Source: Actinomycetota bacterium (GTDB taxonomy: Bacteria; Actinomycetota; Coriobacteriia; Anaerosomatales; SLCP01). From it: 64,000 nt of DNA. Positions 1 through 10,528 of the stretch are shown here, in pieces. Position 1 is the first letter of the stretch, and every line of letters begins with the position of its first letter. A model generated the notes under the pieces. That model worked only from the letters and a program-made list of their open reading frames with translations, was not told the DNA's origin and searched no databases. The stretch spans positions 3,712-67,711 of the forward strand of contig JBBIIC010000009.1 in assembly GCA_037446725.1 (NCBI GenBank), in the 5' to 3' direction. The position numbers and the translations under genes were made by a program.

Positions 1-1
1 C

Positions 2-1078
2 GACGAACTTGAATCTGGTGTCAATCGCAAAGAAGCGCGTTCGATTATCCATCACGGTCACTTGCAGACCGCGGCCCTGGTTGAGTAGAGCGCCACGTAG
101 GGAGGCTGCGCCCTTGGAGCGGATGAGGCCGGCCGGCACCAGCATCGAGACGCGTCCCTCCGGACTGCAGACATCCATCGCAAGCTCGAGGAATGCCTGG
201 TAGAGGTCGACTTCTCCTCCGCCGGAATGAGTGTAGACAGATGCCAGCGACGCGGCTCGCCGCCTGAGATTCGCGCGCTGCACCAGGAAGTCGGAATCCG
301 GCTCCCCAGGATGACGATCCCCGTAGTGTCGGGTGACCCCCTTTGCCTTGAGATACTCATGGTGCGTCGCCTTGAGGCGCTCCCAAGGGGGGTTGCCGAT
401 TACTGTTCCAAATCCCTCCGGAGCAACATCGCGCCAGACGGTGGGACCTGCCTCGAGACTATCAAGCTCGCGTAGGTGGTCGCTCAGCGACGCTACGGCG
501 TCAATCGAAGAGCATAGAGACAGGAGGGCCAGCCGGGCACCTCGCAGCGCCTCGGGGGAAATGTCGCTCGCGTATACGGAGTGCGCGATGTAGTCCTCCA
601 GCCGTGTGCGGTCGTGGCCGCACACGGCCAACGCGGAGGCCACCAGAAGCACCCCCGTCCCGCAAGACGGGTCAAGCACGGCGCGGGAGTCATCGGTTGC
701 TGCTGTGGCTGCGGCGGCAAGGAACTGAGCCAAACGGAAGTCGGTGTAATAGACACCGAGCGTTCTGCGCTCGTGAAACGAGAAGGACGGCTGTGCGAGC
801 GACGAGAGGGCGAACGCGGGATGATACGGCAAGCGGGCCAGCGAGCTAGTGATGCAGTCCACAGCCTCAGCGAGCGCCAAGCTAGGCAGCGTGGGGCTGA
901 CGTCGTCGAAAGCCCACAATTCGCTCACATCAATGCCAGCCAGTCGGCAGGCGACGGCCTCGAGCACCTCATGCAGAGAAGCAGCGTCCAAGGACGCCTG
1001 GTGCGATCTCAGAAAGCTGACCAGGGTCTCGCGGGTGGGCTCGAGGAGCGTCGCCTCAACAGGCCTAGCACTCGCCAT
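2..1078 (-). CDS. N6-adenine DNA methyltransferase (gamma class, Eco57I/type IIG-like), runs off the left window edge
   Basis: Not in the ORF track. Manual translation from ATG at 1078 is open to the window edge and contains GVYYT, VLDPSCGTG (SAM motif I), VIGNPPW (motif IV), DLYQAFLE and MLVPAG. Overlaps the stop of the upstream MTase. Confidence 0.85.
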   Translation of the reverse strand, partial: MASARPVEATLLEPTRETLVSFLRSHQASLDAASLHEVLEAVACRLAGIDVSELWAFDDVSPTLPSLALAEAVDCITSSLARLPYHPAFALSSLAQPSFSFHERRTLGVYYTDFRLAQFLAAAATAATDDSRAVLDPSCGTGVLLVASALAVCGHDRTRLEDYIAHSVYASDISPEALRGARLALLSLCSSIDAVASLSDHLRELDSLEAGPTVWRDVAPEGFGTVIGNPPWERLKATHHEYLKAKGVTRHYGDRHPGEPDSDFLVQRANLRRRAASLASVYTHSGGGEVDLYQAFLELAMDVCSPEGRVSMLVPAGLIRSKGAASLRGALLNQGRGLQVTVMDNRTRFFAIDTRFKFV

Positions 1079-2123
1079 GGCACATGCCCAGCGCTGGTTT
1101 GGACTTGTCGACCGAAAGAAGATACTCGCTCACGGTATCGCCACCATCCACTGCTCCGCGATTGGGGCGGTACCTTCCGATATCGGCCAGCCAGGTCACA
1201 GTGACTTCGCCCAGCCGTGACAGATCATCAACCAGCCGACCTAGGTCAACATGCCCTTCGGAGCTGTAGGACAAGTGAACCCTGGTAGCAGCCGCTCTCG
1301 AAATCAATCCGACGAGTGCACTGTGGGCACGTGACTTGTAGCAGAAGTCAGATGCCTTGTCCTTCCACGGCCTCAAACCAGCCACGCCTTCGACCGCGGG
1401 TGCATCTCCATGGGCGACTGTCTCGAGTATGTGGTAGTAGGCCGCGTATTGTCTCTTGGTGTACGGCGGGTCCAGGTACAGCACGTCTGGTTCAGACAGA
1501 GGTACCGCACCGACATCGAGGCTCATGACCTGGAAGTCAAACCCTTGCTCAGGCAGACTCCTAGGCTGGATCGCCAAGGGGCGGACTGCTCCCGGGCTCC
1601 ACTTTCTCAAGAAGCAGCCATAGGTTCCTGCCGTATTGGCCACGCGATTGCATGCGCCGAGAAGATCCGCGAGAAGGAGCGCCTCCTCACGCTCGGACAC
1701 CAGGCCTTCATTCGCCAGTCGTCTGATCTCGGCCCTGACAGCGTCGATCTTGCCGGCGTTCTCCTCCGTGAAGTAGCGACGTTCAATACCTGCGGTCGAG
1801 AGACTTGATGGACTGTATGTTGCGCGGATGAATCCCTCAACCGGCTCAAGCGAATCCAGGTGCGCTACTGCAGCCTCGTATCCGCCAAGTTCACGGAATG
1901 GGACGCCGTCGCGACCCAGCAACCCAGCGGACGCAGTCAGCGCGGCGCTCAGAAGGTTGTCGTTCACGACGACCTGCCAGCCGCGAGCGGCAGCCTCGCG
2001 TGCAACGGTTCCCGTGCCGCTGAACGCATCAACGAAGAAACCATCCTCGCTGCGAGGAGAGCCGATGTGCTCCATAATCGCTTCAACGACTCGCGCCTTG
2101 GATCCTATGTACCTAATGCTCAC
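1065..2123 (-). CDS. DNA adenine methyltransferase (D12 class)
   Basis: RYIGSK, FVDAFSGTG (motif I) and YLDPPY (motif IV). Confidence 0.9.
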   Translation of the reverse strand: MSIRYIGSKARVVEAIMEHIGSPRSEDGFFVDAFSGTGTVAREAAARGWQVVVNDNLLSAALTASAGLLGRDGVPFRELGGYEAAVAHLDSLEPVEGFIRATYSPSSLSTAGIERRYFTEENAGKIDAVRAEIRRLANEGLVSEREEALLLADLLGACNRVANTAGTYGCFLRKWSPGAVRPLAIQPRSLPEQGFDFQVMSLDVGAVPLSEPDVLYLDPPYTKRQYAAYYHILETVAHGDAPAVEGVAGLRPWKDKASDFCYKSRAHSALVGLISRAAATRVHLSYSSEGHVDLGRLVDDLSRLGEVTVTWLADIGRYRPNRGAVDGGDTVSEYLLSVDKSKPALGMCHGEC

Positions 2124-2409
2124 GATGCCCCTGACGTCTGACGGAGATGAACGAGGCGAGTGCCGCGAAGTGTCCTACGGCGGCCCTTTCTCCCCTCAAG
2201 GGTAGGATACCGCGAGACTCTGACACCCGGCCGAAAACGGCCCGGGTTCTCCGACCTGTACTCTGGCTAACCTATGATTCTGCAGTCTGTGTAAGCCCGC
2301 AAGCGGCTCCCCCGCCGCGCACCTGCAAGATCGCACGAACCCAACGCCTCACACGCCTGCCGTCCGCTACACACTCCTCGGCTCTTGCCCCTCATCCTCC
2401 CCCACAGGC

Positions 2410-2440
2410 AAACGAGACCCGGCACCTGTCCGGGTCTCGT
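2410..2440 (-). terminator. Intrinsic terminator after tRNA-Ala
   Basis: Minus strand ACGAGACCCGG-loop-CCGGGTCTCGT followed by a short T run. Confidence 0.65.
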
Positions 2441-2450
2441 GTGTGGTTCC

Positions 2451-2526
2451 TGGTGGAGCCAAGGGGGATCGAACCCCTGACCTCATGGCTGCCAGCCATG
2501 CGCTCTCCCAGCTGAGCTATGGCCCC
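2451..2526 (-). tRNA. tRNA-Ala(GGC)
   Basis: GGGGCCATAGCTCAGCTGGGAGAGCG...anticodon arm CATGG-CTGGCAG-CCATG...GGTTCGATCCC...TGGCTCCACCA; 76 nt with encoded CCA. Confidence 0.97.
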
Positions 2527-2556
2527 ACATCTGGGTCCGCCTGAGCGGCACGCGTT

Positions 2557-2565
2557 AGTATACCA
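2557..2565 (-). promoter_or_regulatory. Extended -10 element of the tRNA-Ala promoter
   Basis: TGGTATACT on the minus strand, about 30 nt upstream of the tRNA 5' end. Confidence 0.5.
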
Positions 2566-2636
2566 GGCGTTCGGTGCCGGTCAACCGGCGCACGAACGGC
2601 GGCTCGGGCCACGCGGTCAGGCCGCCGTAGGGCACC

Positions 2637-3575
2637 TTACGATGGCTCCTCGGGCTCCACGAGCGCGACCGGGATGCCCTCGAGTGACGGCTCGTGGACC
2701 ACCCGTCTGCCCGCCCCCACCACACCTGAGATCTCCGCGAGCACCATGCCCCCGAGGATGAGCACGCTTCCCGCGACACCTCCTATGCCGAACGTGTCGC
2801 CCGCAAGCCAGCCGAACAGTCCGCCGAACGCGGGCTCGGTCACGAGCACGAGCGCGGTCTTCGTCGGTGAGATGTGACGCTGGGCGTATGTTTGGACCGC
2901 GAAGGCCACGGCCGAGGCGAGCACGCCGGTGAGCACGAGCGCGAACCACACTGAGCCCTGCGTGGGCAGTCCGGGGCGTTCCGCCGCGAGGGAGATGGCG
3001 CTGCACACCACGGCGACAACCGCGAGCTGTGTGAGCGTGAGCGCGCCCACGTCGTGGCGCGTTCCGAGGCTCCCGAGCGCGATCATGTGCGCTGCATACG
3101 CGATCGCGCAGATGAGCACGCGGGTGTCGCCTGCCGTCCATCCGTCAGCAGAAGCTCCTGAGAGAAGCCACAGCCCCGCCACCGCCAGTACCACGCCCGC
3201 CAGGGTCACGGCGCGCGGAGGGTGGCGCAGAATGACCGCCTGCATGAGCGGCGTGAACACGACAAACATGCCCGTGATGAACGCGGCCTTGCTTGCCGTC
3301 GTACCCTGCAGCCCCCAGGTCTGGAACACATAACCCACCGTGAGCAGCCCGCCGGCGAGCGCACCTACCTTGAGCGTTCCCGGGCCGAAGCGTCTGAACG
3401 AGCCCGGGAACATCACCGCGAACGCGACTACGGCGATCGCGAACCGCAGCGCCAGGAACGCATACAGGGGGTAGCGCTCGACCGCGTCCTTGACGAGGAC
3501 GAATGTCGCCCCCCAGACCGCCGCGACGCCTATGAGCGCGAGTGTCGCCCAGAAGCGCCTCGACTCCGCCGTCAC
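2637..3575 (-). CDS. DMT/EamA family transporter
   Basis: About 10 hydrophobic helices; WGATF, QTWGLQGTTASKAAFITG and EPAFG in two EamA repeats. Confidence 0.9.
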   Translation of the reverse strand: MTAESRRFWATLALIGVAAVWGATFVLVKDAVERYPLYAFLALRFAIAVVAFAVMFPGSFRRFGPGTLKVGALAGGLLTVGYVFQTWGLQGTTASKAAFITGMFVVFTPLMQAVILRHPPRAVTLAGVVLAVAGLWLLSGASADGWTAGDTRVLICAIAYAAHMIALGSLGTRHDVGALTLTQLAVVAVVCSAISLAAERPGLPTQGSVWFALVLTGVLASAVAFAVQTYAQRHISPTKTALVLVTEPAFGGLFGWLAGDTFGIGGVAGSVLILGGMVLAEISGVVGAGRRVVHEPSLEGIPVALVEPEEPS

Positions 3576-3997
3576 GGCTCTGTCGTCCCGGGCACCTCAG
3601 CGCCGGCGTCCTCGACATCCTGAGCCGGCCTGACGGCGACGGAGCCGGTGATCTCCTCGGGCAACTCAAGCCTCGGGGCGTCGCTCCACAGCTTCTCGAG
3701 CCGGTAGAAGTCGCGCTCCGCCGGCTGGAAGACATGGACGACCACGTCCACGAAGTCGATGAGGACCCACTTGCCCTCATCGGACCCTTCGACGCCGATC
3801 GCAGGCAGCCCCGCGTGCTTCATGCGCACCTCGACCTCGTCGGCGATGGTGCGGACCTGACGGTCGTTGCGGCCGGTGCAGATGACGAAGTAGTCTGTCA
3901 CGACCAGCAGCTCGGCGACGTCGATAGCGACGATGTCCTCAGCCTTCTTGTCCGATGCCGCCTCGGCGGCCAGCAGTGCGTATTCCTGTGAATCCAG
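3572..3997 (-). CDS. rsfS: Ribosome silencing factor RsfS (probable CTG start)
   Basis: DKKAEDIVAIDV...TDYFVICTG...WVLIDFVDVVVHVF...RDFYRLEKLW. The conserved N-terminus extends upstream of the tracked start at 3901. Confidence 0.9.
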   Translation of the reverse strand: MDSQEYALLAAEAASDKKAEDIVAIDVAELLVVTDYFVICTGRNDRQVRTIADEVEVRMKHAGLPAIGVEGSDEGKWVLIDFVDVVVHVFQPAERDFYRLEKLWSDAPRLELPEEITGSVAVRPAQDVEDAGAEVPGTTEP

Positions 3998-4025
3998 CGC
4001 GATCCCCTACCTTCTCCTCAGCGAG

Positions 4026-5141
4026 TCACTCGTCAGACCCGCTCGGCGACTCCCAGTCCGACCCGATGATGATGATGATGTCGGCGACCTCCTGGTCAGC
4101 CGGTTGCGACACGACCTCACCGACCCCCAGAACCTTGCGCACCCCATCTGCCCGCGAGACATCCCCGCGTTGTACCACGATCTGAGTGACATCGTAGTCG
4201 AACGCGTCGGCGTTCTTCGTGTCGACCACCCTGAAGCCACCCCTGATGAGCTGCTGGGCCGCCTGCCCGGCCGCTCCCGGTTCCCCCGAACCGTTGTAGA
4301 CGATCACGCGGACTGCGGGGTCCTCGGACTCGATGGTGACACCCCACCACGATGAGACGAGGTCGGCGATCTCGTCGCGCTGCGGCTCGAAGTACGTCTG
4401 CGAACCGACGTTGACCGGCTTGACCGGCATCGGCACGAGCGCGATGTTGTCGGCGGGGATCTCCGTGAAGAACTCGCGCCAGCGTGTCAGCTCCTCACCG
4501 GTGAGGTTCGTGTCGAGCGGCGCCTCCAGTAGGCCACTCACCGATTGGTCTGTGAGCGACTCCTGGTAGACCGCCGAATCGACGACGACGTATCCCGTGA
4601 AGGGAACGGTGAAGAAGTTCGTGACCGCTGCAAGCGAGGTGTCGGCGCCTGCCTCGTAGCTGTCACCGATCCGCTCGAAACCCTGTCCCGGGACCTCGAT
4701 GAACGCTCCGTCGGGAATCGCGATACCGAACACCTGCTGCTGGTCGGGTACGACGCGCATCGCCAGGAACCCCGTCGCTCGCCCCTCCGTCTCCCCGATC
4801 ACGAGCAGGTTGTCCCGCGCCTTCTCGGCCTGGACCTCGGGAGAGGACTCGACAGCGGCCATGCGCTTGGCGTTCCAGCGTGCGATCCCGTTGATCGCCG
4901 ACGCGGCGCCCCAGACGAGAAGGACAACGAGGCCCAGCGCTCCGAGGCCCATGAGCACGGCGTAGAAGCCGTTGCGCGCGGACCAGCGAACGGTCTTCAG
5001 AGCGCCGGAGACTCGCTCCCGCTTTTCGTACGCACGCATCGCCCGCTCCGCCTCTTTGCGGCCGCGTGCGTTCCTGCGTGAGCTGCGCCAGCCCCTGGGC
5101 AGCTCGGGCGCGGGAGGCGTGTCTTTGGTGCGGCGTGCCAT
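4026..5141 (-). CDS. LCP-like membrane protein with LytR C-terminal domain
   Basis: Start MARRTK overlaps the yqeK stop (TGATG); single TM helix; C-terminal VRVIVYNGSGEPGAAG...DIIIIIGSD. Confidence 0.75.
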   Translation of the reverse strand: MARRTKDTPPAPELPRGWRSSRRNARGRKEAERAMRAYEKRERVSGALKTVRWSARNGFYAVLMGLGALGLVVLLVWGAASAINGIARWNAKRMAAVESSPEVQAEKARDNLLVIGETEGRATGFLAMRVVPDQQQVFGIAIPDGAFIEVPGQGFERIGDSYEAGADTSLAAVTNFFTVPFTGYVVVDSAVYQESLTDQSVSGLLEAPLDTNLTGEELTRWREFFTEIPADNIALVPMPVKPVNVGSQTYFEPQRDEIADLVSSWWGVTIESEDPAVRVIVYNGSGEPGAAGQAAQQLIRGGFRVVDTKNADAFDYDVTQIVVQRGDVSRADGVRKVLGVGEVVSQPADQEVADIIIIIGSDWESPSGSDE

Positions 5142-5716
5142 CAGGGACGCTCCGCGATGATCGCGTTCCACGCCTCGACGGTTGCCGGGTGGATGAACCG
5201 ACGACCCCTGACGAGGTGTTCGAGCGACGCGGCATACGCCCGCTCGTAAAGCTCGGCGAGCGAGACCCGGCCGACCACGTGTCGCAGCTCGTTCGCCAGC
5301 GGCGTGTCTCGCCCGGGCTCGAGGGCGTCGGAGAGGTAGACGACGCGGTCGAGATCGGACATTCCGGGAGCGCCGAACGTGTGGCGCTCGACAGCCGTGA
5401 TGATCCGCCCGGGCAGGCCCGGGAACCGCTCCTTTAGCGCGGCGGCACCGGTCCGCGCGTGCAGCAGGTACGGCACGGCGTCGTCGGCAGCCGTCGGCTC
5501 GATGCCGAACCGGGCCGCCTCGGCCAGGAGCGCCTCGGGGCCGTCGTCGCGCGCCCAGTCGTGCACGAGGCCGGCCAGGTAGGCGTCGTCCGTGTCGACG
5601 CCGTACTCGTCGGCAAGTCGGGCCGCCGTCTCGGCAACCGCGACGCTGTGCGCGTAGCCGCGCTCGTCGAGCCTGGCCGCAAGCGCCGCGCGAACCTCGG
5701 ACAGCTCCACCGTCAT
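5141..5716 (-). CDS. yqeK: YqeK HD-domain Ap4A hydrolase
   Basis: YAHSVAVA, AGLVHDWAR, LLHA, HTFG, VYLSDALEPGR; nadD-yqeK-rsfS synteny. Confidence 0.88.
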   Translation of the reverse strand: MTVELSEVRAALAARLDERGYAHSVAVAETAARLADEYGVDTDDAYLAGLVHDWARDDGPEALLAEAARFGIEPTAADDAVPYLLHARTGAAALKERFPGLPGRIITAVERHTFGAPGMSDLDRVVYLSDALEPGRDTPLANELRHVVGRVSLAELYERAYAASLEHLVRGRRFIHPATVEAWNAIIAERP

Positions 5717-6336
5717 GACGTGCGGGCCTCCCGGTACAGCCCGTACTTATGGATGTAGGAGGCGACCGCCTCGGGCATGAGGTAGCGGATCGGACGGCGC
5801 TCGGCCACGCGACGCCGGATGTCCGTCGATGAGATGGCGAGCGCGGGCACCTCGATGAACTGGATGTCGATGCGCGCGAGCTCCTCGGCGTGCACCATGC
5901 GCGCCGCGTCGAGGTCGTAGCCCGGGCGCGTCGCCGCGATGAAGGTCGCCAGTCCCGCGAAACGCTCGGCATCCTTCCAGGTGACGATCTCCCACACGGC
6001 GTCCGCGCCCGTGATGAAGAACAGCTCCGCATGCGGGCCGTGGATGTCGCGCAGCGCGTTAAGGGTGTCGACGGTATAGGTGACCCCGGGCCGGTCGATC
6101 TCCATGCGCGAGACCTCGAAGTCGGGATTGGCGGCGGTGGCGATGACGGTCATCAGGTAGCGGTGCTCGGCGGATGTGACCTCCTCGTCGGTCTTGCGCG
6201 CGGGGCGCCCCGCCGGCATGAAGACGACGCGGTCCAGGTTGAACTGCACGAGCGCCTCTTCGGCCGTGACGAGGTGGCCGAAGTGGATCGGGTCGAAGGT
6301 CCCACCCATGATGCCGAGGCGCGACGTCGCTCTCAC
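5713..6336 (-). CDS. nadD: Nicotinate-nucleotide adenylyltransferase
   Basis: GGTFDPIHFGH, FITGAD, ISSTDIR. Confidence 0.95.
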   Translation of the reverse strand: MRATSRLGIMGGTFDPIHFGHLVTAEEALVQFNLDRVVFMPAGRPARKTDEEVTSAEHRYLMTVIATAANPDFEVSRMEIDRPGVTYTVDTLNALRDIHGPHAELFFITGADAVWEIVTWKDAERFAGLATFIAATRPGYDLDAARMVHAEELARIDIQFIEVPALAISSTDIRRRVAERRPIRYLMPEAVASYIHKYGLYREARTS

Positions 6337-7586
6337 TCCCGGATCTGCCCGTTCCCCATCAGCACGAACTTCGAAGAGGTCAGCGCGGTAAGGCCCATCG
6401 GCCCGCGCGCGTGCAGCTTCTGCGTCGAGATGCCGATCTCGGCGCCGAGGCCGAACTCCCCGCCGTCCGTGAAGCGCGTCGATGCGTTCACGTAGACGGC
6501 CGCGGCATCAACCTCGGCAAGGAACCGCTGGGAGGCAGCGTAATCCGATGTGACGATCGACTCGGAGTGCTTCGACCCGTAAGTGTTGATGTGCGCGATG
6601 GCCGCATCCAGACCCCCGACAACCTTCACCGATATCTTGAGGTCGAGATACTCGGTGCCCCAGTCCTCCTCGGTTGCGGGCACCAGCTCGGCGACCGCGC
6701 CGAGGGCCGCGACGCGGTCGTCGCCGACGATGGTCACCCCGTTGGCGACGAGCTCGGCGAGGATCGGCGGCAACATCGCCTCGTGAACGGACTCGTCGAC
6801 GAGCAGGCTCTCGGCGGCGTTGCAGACCCCGGGCCGCTGGCATTTCGCGTTCACGACGATGCGCCGGGCCATCTCGGGATCGGCGGCTTCGTGAAGGTAG
6901 ACGTGGCAGTTGCCCACACCCGTCTCGATCACCGGGACCTTCGCGTTCTCGACCACGCTGCGGATGAGGCCCGCGCCGCCCCGGGGGATGAGCACGTCGA
7001 TGTAGCCGTGCAGGGACATCAGTTCCTCTGCGGCCTCGCGGCTCGTGGACTCGACGCTCTGGATGCACCCCGCCGGCATACCCGCTCCCTCGGCCGCGTC
7101 CGCGAGCACGCTGGTGATCGCCATGTTGGACGCGGCAGCGAGCGAGCCGCCCCGCAGTACGACGGCGTTGCCCGTCTTCAGGCACAACCCGGCAGCGTCG
7201 GCGGTCACGTTCGGGCGGGCCTCGTAGATGATCGCCACCACACCGAGCGGTACCCGGACTTGGCTGAGCCGGATGCCGTTGGGCAACACGTGCCCTTCCA
7301 CGACCTCGCCGATGGGGTCCGGCAGCGCAACCAGTTCCTCGAGCGCACGGGCGATGCCCTCGATGCGCGCGGGGTCGAGCGAAAGCCGGTCGAGAAGCGA
7401 CGGGGGTGTGCCTCCCCGGCGCGCGGCGTCCATGTCCCGCTCGTTCGCGTCGAGGATATCTTCCTTGCGTACCCTGAGCGCATCCGCCATAGCCGCGAGC
7501 GCGCCATCACGCTCGGCGCTCGAGGTTACTCCAAGGGCCCCCGCAGCGGTCCGCGCACGGACCGCGAGGTCCATCACTTCGCCCAT
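6333..7586 (-). CDS. proA: Glutamate-5-semialdehyde dehydrogenase
   Basis: VPLGVVAIIYEARPNVT, CNAAE, NASTRFTDGGEFGLGAEIGISTQKLHARGPMG. Confidence 0.97.
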   Translation of the reverse strand: MGEVMDLAVRARTAAGALGVTSSAERDGALAAMADALRVRKEDILDANERDMDAARRGGTPPSLLDRLSLDPARIEGIARALEELVALPDPIGEVVEGHVLPNGIRLSQVRVPLGVVAIIYEARPNVTADAAGLCLKTGNAVVLRGGSLAAASNMAITSVLADAAEGAGMPAGCIQSVESTSREAAEELMSLHGYIDVLIPRGGAGLIRSVVENAKVPVIETGVGNCHVYLHEAADPEMARRIVVNAKCQRPGVCNAAESLLVDESVHEAMLPPILAELVANGVTIVGDDRVAALGAVAELVPATEEDWGTEYLDLKISVKVVGGLDAAIAHINTYGSKHSESIVTSDYAASQRFLAEVDAAAVYVNASTRFTDGGEFGLGAEIGISTQKLHARGPMGLTALTSSKFVLMGNGQIRE

Positions 7587-7638
7587 CCCCGACCCCTTCT
7601 CGCTATCGCGCCGCGCCCTTCAGACGCACCCGCCGTGC

Positions 7639-8745
7639 TCACAGAATCACCAGGTGGTCCCTGTGGACGACCGTCTTGCCGGCGGCCGACGGCAGGACCT
7701 CGGCGATCTGCGTGCTCTGCAGCCCCCGAACCGCCTCGAGGTCGTCCGATCCGAGGGTACTCAGTCCGCGCGCAACGACCACGCCGGCGGCGTCCTTCAA
7801 TACTATCGCATCACCGGGACCGAACGCCCCGCTGACCGAGAGCACGCCGGCGGGCAGGAGGCTCTTCCCGCGCTCCGTGAGCGCGACCTTCGCTCCCTCA
7901 TCAATCACCACTTCACCCCGGGGTTTGCCGCCGAGCGCGATCCAGAGCTTGCGTGCACCCAGCGCGGCATCGCCACCGGCGAAGTACGTCCCGACCGGCT
8001 TACCATCCACGGCGTCCCCGATAACTCCCGGGCGCCTGCCGTCGCAGACGACCATCGGGATGCCGGCCTTCATGAGGACACGCGCTGCCTCTACCTTGGT
8101 GGCCATACCACCCGATCCGACCGCAGATCCGGTCCCGCCCGCCGCGCTCATCACCTGCTCGGTGAGCTCGTCAACTTGGGCAACGAGCTGCGCTGCCGCG
8201 CTCTGGCGAGGATCAGAGTCGTAGAGACCCTCTATGTCGGTGAGCAGCACGACGAGGTCGGCGCGGACCATCGTGGCCACGAGCGCGGCCAGCGTGTCGT
8301 TGTCCCCGAAGCGAATCTCGTCGACCGCGACCGTGTCGTTCTCGTTGACTACCGGCATCACGCCGAGCGCGAGCAACCGCTCAAGGGTGTCGCGCGCGTG
8401 CAGGTACGCCTGACGGTGCGCGGTGTCGTGGCGGGTCAGCAACACCTGACCGACGGCCAGGCCCCGAGCGGCAGCGAGCGCCGCGTACATGCCGAGTACC
8501 TGGACCTGTCCGACCGCAGCCGAGGCCTGCAGCGAGGGCATGTCCGTGGGTCTCGTGTGGATCCCAAGGGCCTGGAGCCCGGCAGCGATGGCACCGGACG
8601 TCACGAGCACGACCTCGACCGAACGCCCGCGCAGCGCAGCGATCTGCTCGAGAAGCGCATCGGCGTACGCACGGTCCAGACCCTCGCCCTGTGGTGCAAG
8701 GGTGGAGCTGCCGACCTTGATGACCACTCGATGGACCGCCTCCAT
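7639..8745 (-). CDS. proB: Glutamate 5-kinase with PUA domain
   Basis: VIKVGSS, NENDTV, FGDNDTLAA, GSGGMATK. Confidence 0.97.
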   Translation of the reverse strand: MEAVHRVVIKVGSSTLAPQGEGLDRAYADALLEQIAALRGRSVEVVLVTSGAIAAGLQALGIHTRPTDMPSLQASAAVGQVQVLGMYAALAAARGLAVGQVLLTRHDTAHRQAYLHARDTLERLLALGVMPVVNENDTVAVDEIRFGDNDTLAALVATMVRADLVVLLTDIEGLYDSDPRQSAAAQLVAQVDELTEQVMSAAGGTGSAVGSGGMATKVEAARVLMKAGIPMVVCDGRRPGVIGDAVDGKPVGTYFAGGDAALGARKLWIALGGKPRGEVVIDEGAKVALTERGKSLLPAGVLSVSGAFGPGDAIVLKDAAGVVVARGLSTLGSDDLEAVRGLQSTQIAEVLPSAAGKTVVHRDHLVIL

Positions 8746-10107
<1,362 letters not shown>

Positions 10108-10140
10108 TCACGCGGTGCGGCGCTGGTGTGATGATACGGG

Positions 10141-10175
10141 ACGAGCCCCCCGCTCGCGAGGAGCGGAGGGCTCGT
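10141..10175 (-). terminator. Hairpin between rpmA and obgE
   Basis: ACGAGCCC..CCGCTC / GAGCGG..GGGCTCGT inverted repeat with no clear U tract. Confidence 0.45.
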
Positions 10176-10210
10176 GTGCTGGTCGCATCGCTCGGCGGGG
10201 CGTGTGGTAT

Positions 10211-10465
10211 CTAGCCCTCGAACGGTCGAACGTGTACGCGTCTCTTGATGCCCTGCGTGAACTCGACGACACCGTCGGTCATCGCGAAGAGCGTGTCGTC
10301 GCTGCCGCGCCCGACGTTCTCGCCCGGGTGGATCCGCGTGCCGCGCTGGCGCACGAGGATCGAACCCGAAGTGACCTCCTGGCCACCGAAACGCTTGACA
10401 CCGAGCCGCTTGGCTTTCGAGTCCCGACCGTTCTTGGTCGAGCCGAGACCTTTCTTGTGAGCCAT
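10211..10465 (-). CDS. rpmA: 50S ribosomal protein L27
   Basis: [16 protein letters not shown]...RLGVK...ILVRQRGT. Confidence 0.97.
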   Translation of the reverse strand: MAHKKGLGSTKNGRDSKAKRLGVKRFGGQEVTSGSILVRQRGTRIHPGENVGRGSDDTLFAMTDGVVEFTQGIKRRVHVRPFEG

Positions 10466-10528
10466 CTCCACCTACCTGCTTTCGCGCATCCGTCCACAGG
10501 CTTTGCGCCGGGACACTCCTGCGATCCG

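Noticed and set aside
581-1204. Plus-strand ORFs at the left edge
   Set aside because: They are antisense shadows of the minus-strand methyltransferase genes.
4026-6032. 668-aa ORF as a single long protein
   Set aside because: Its N-terminal part is an alternative frame over nadD and yqeK; the real gene starts at 5141.
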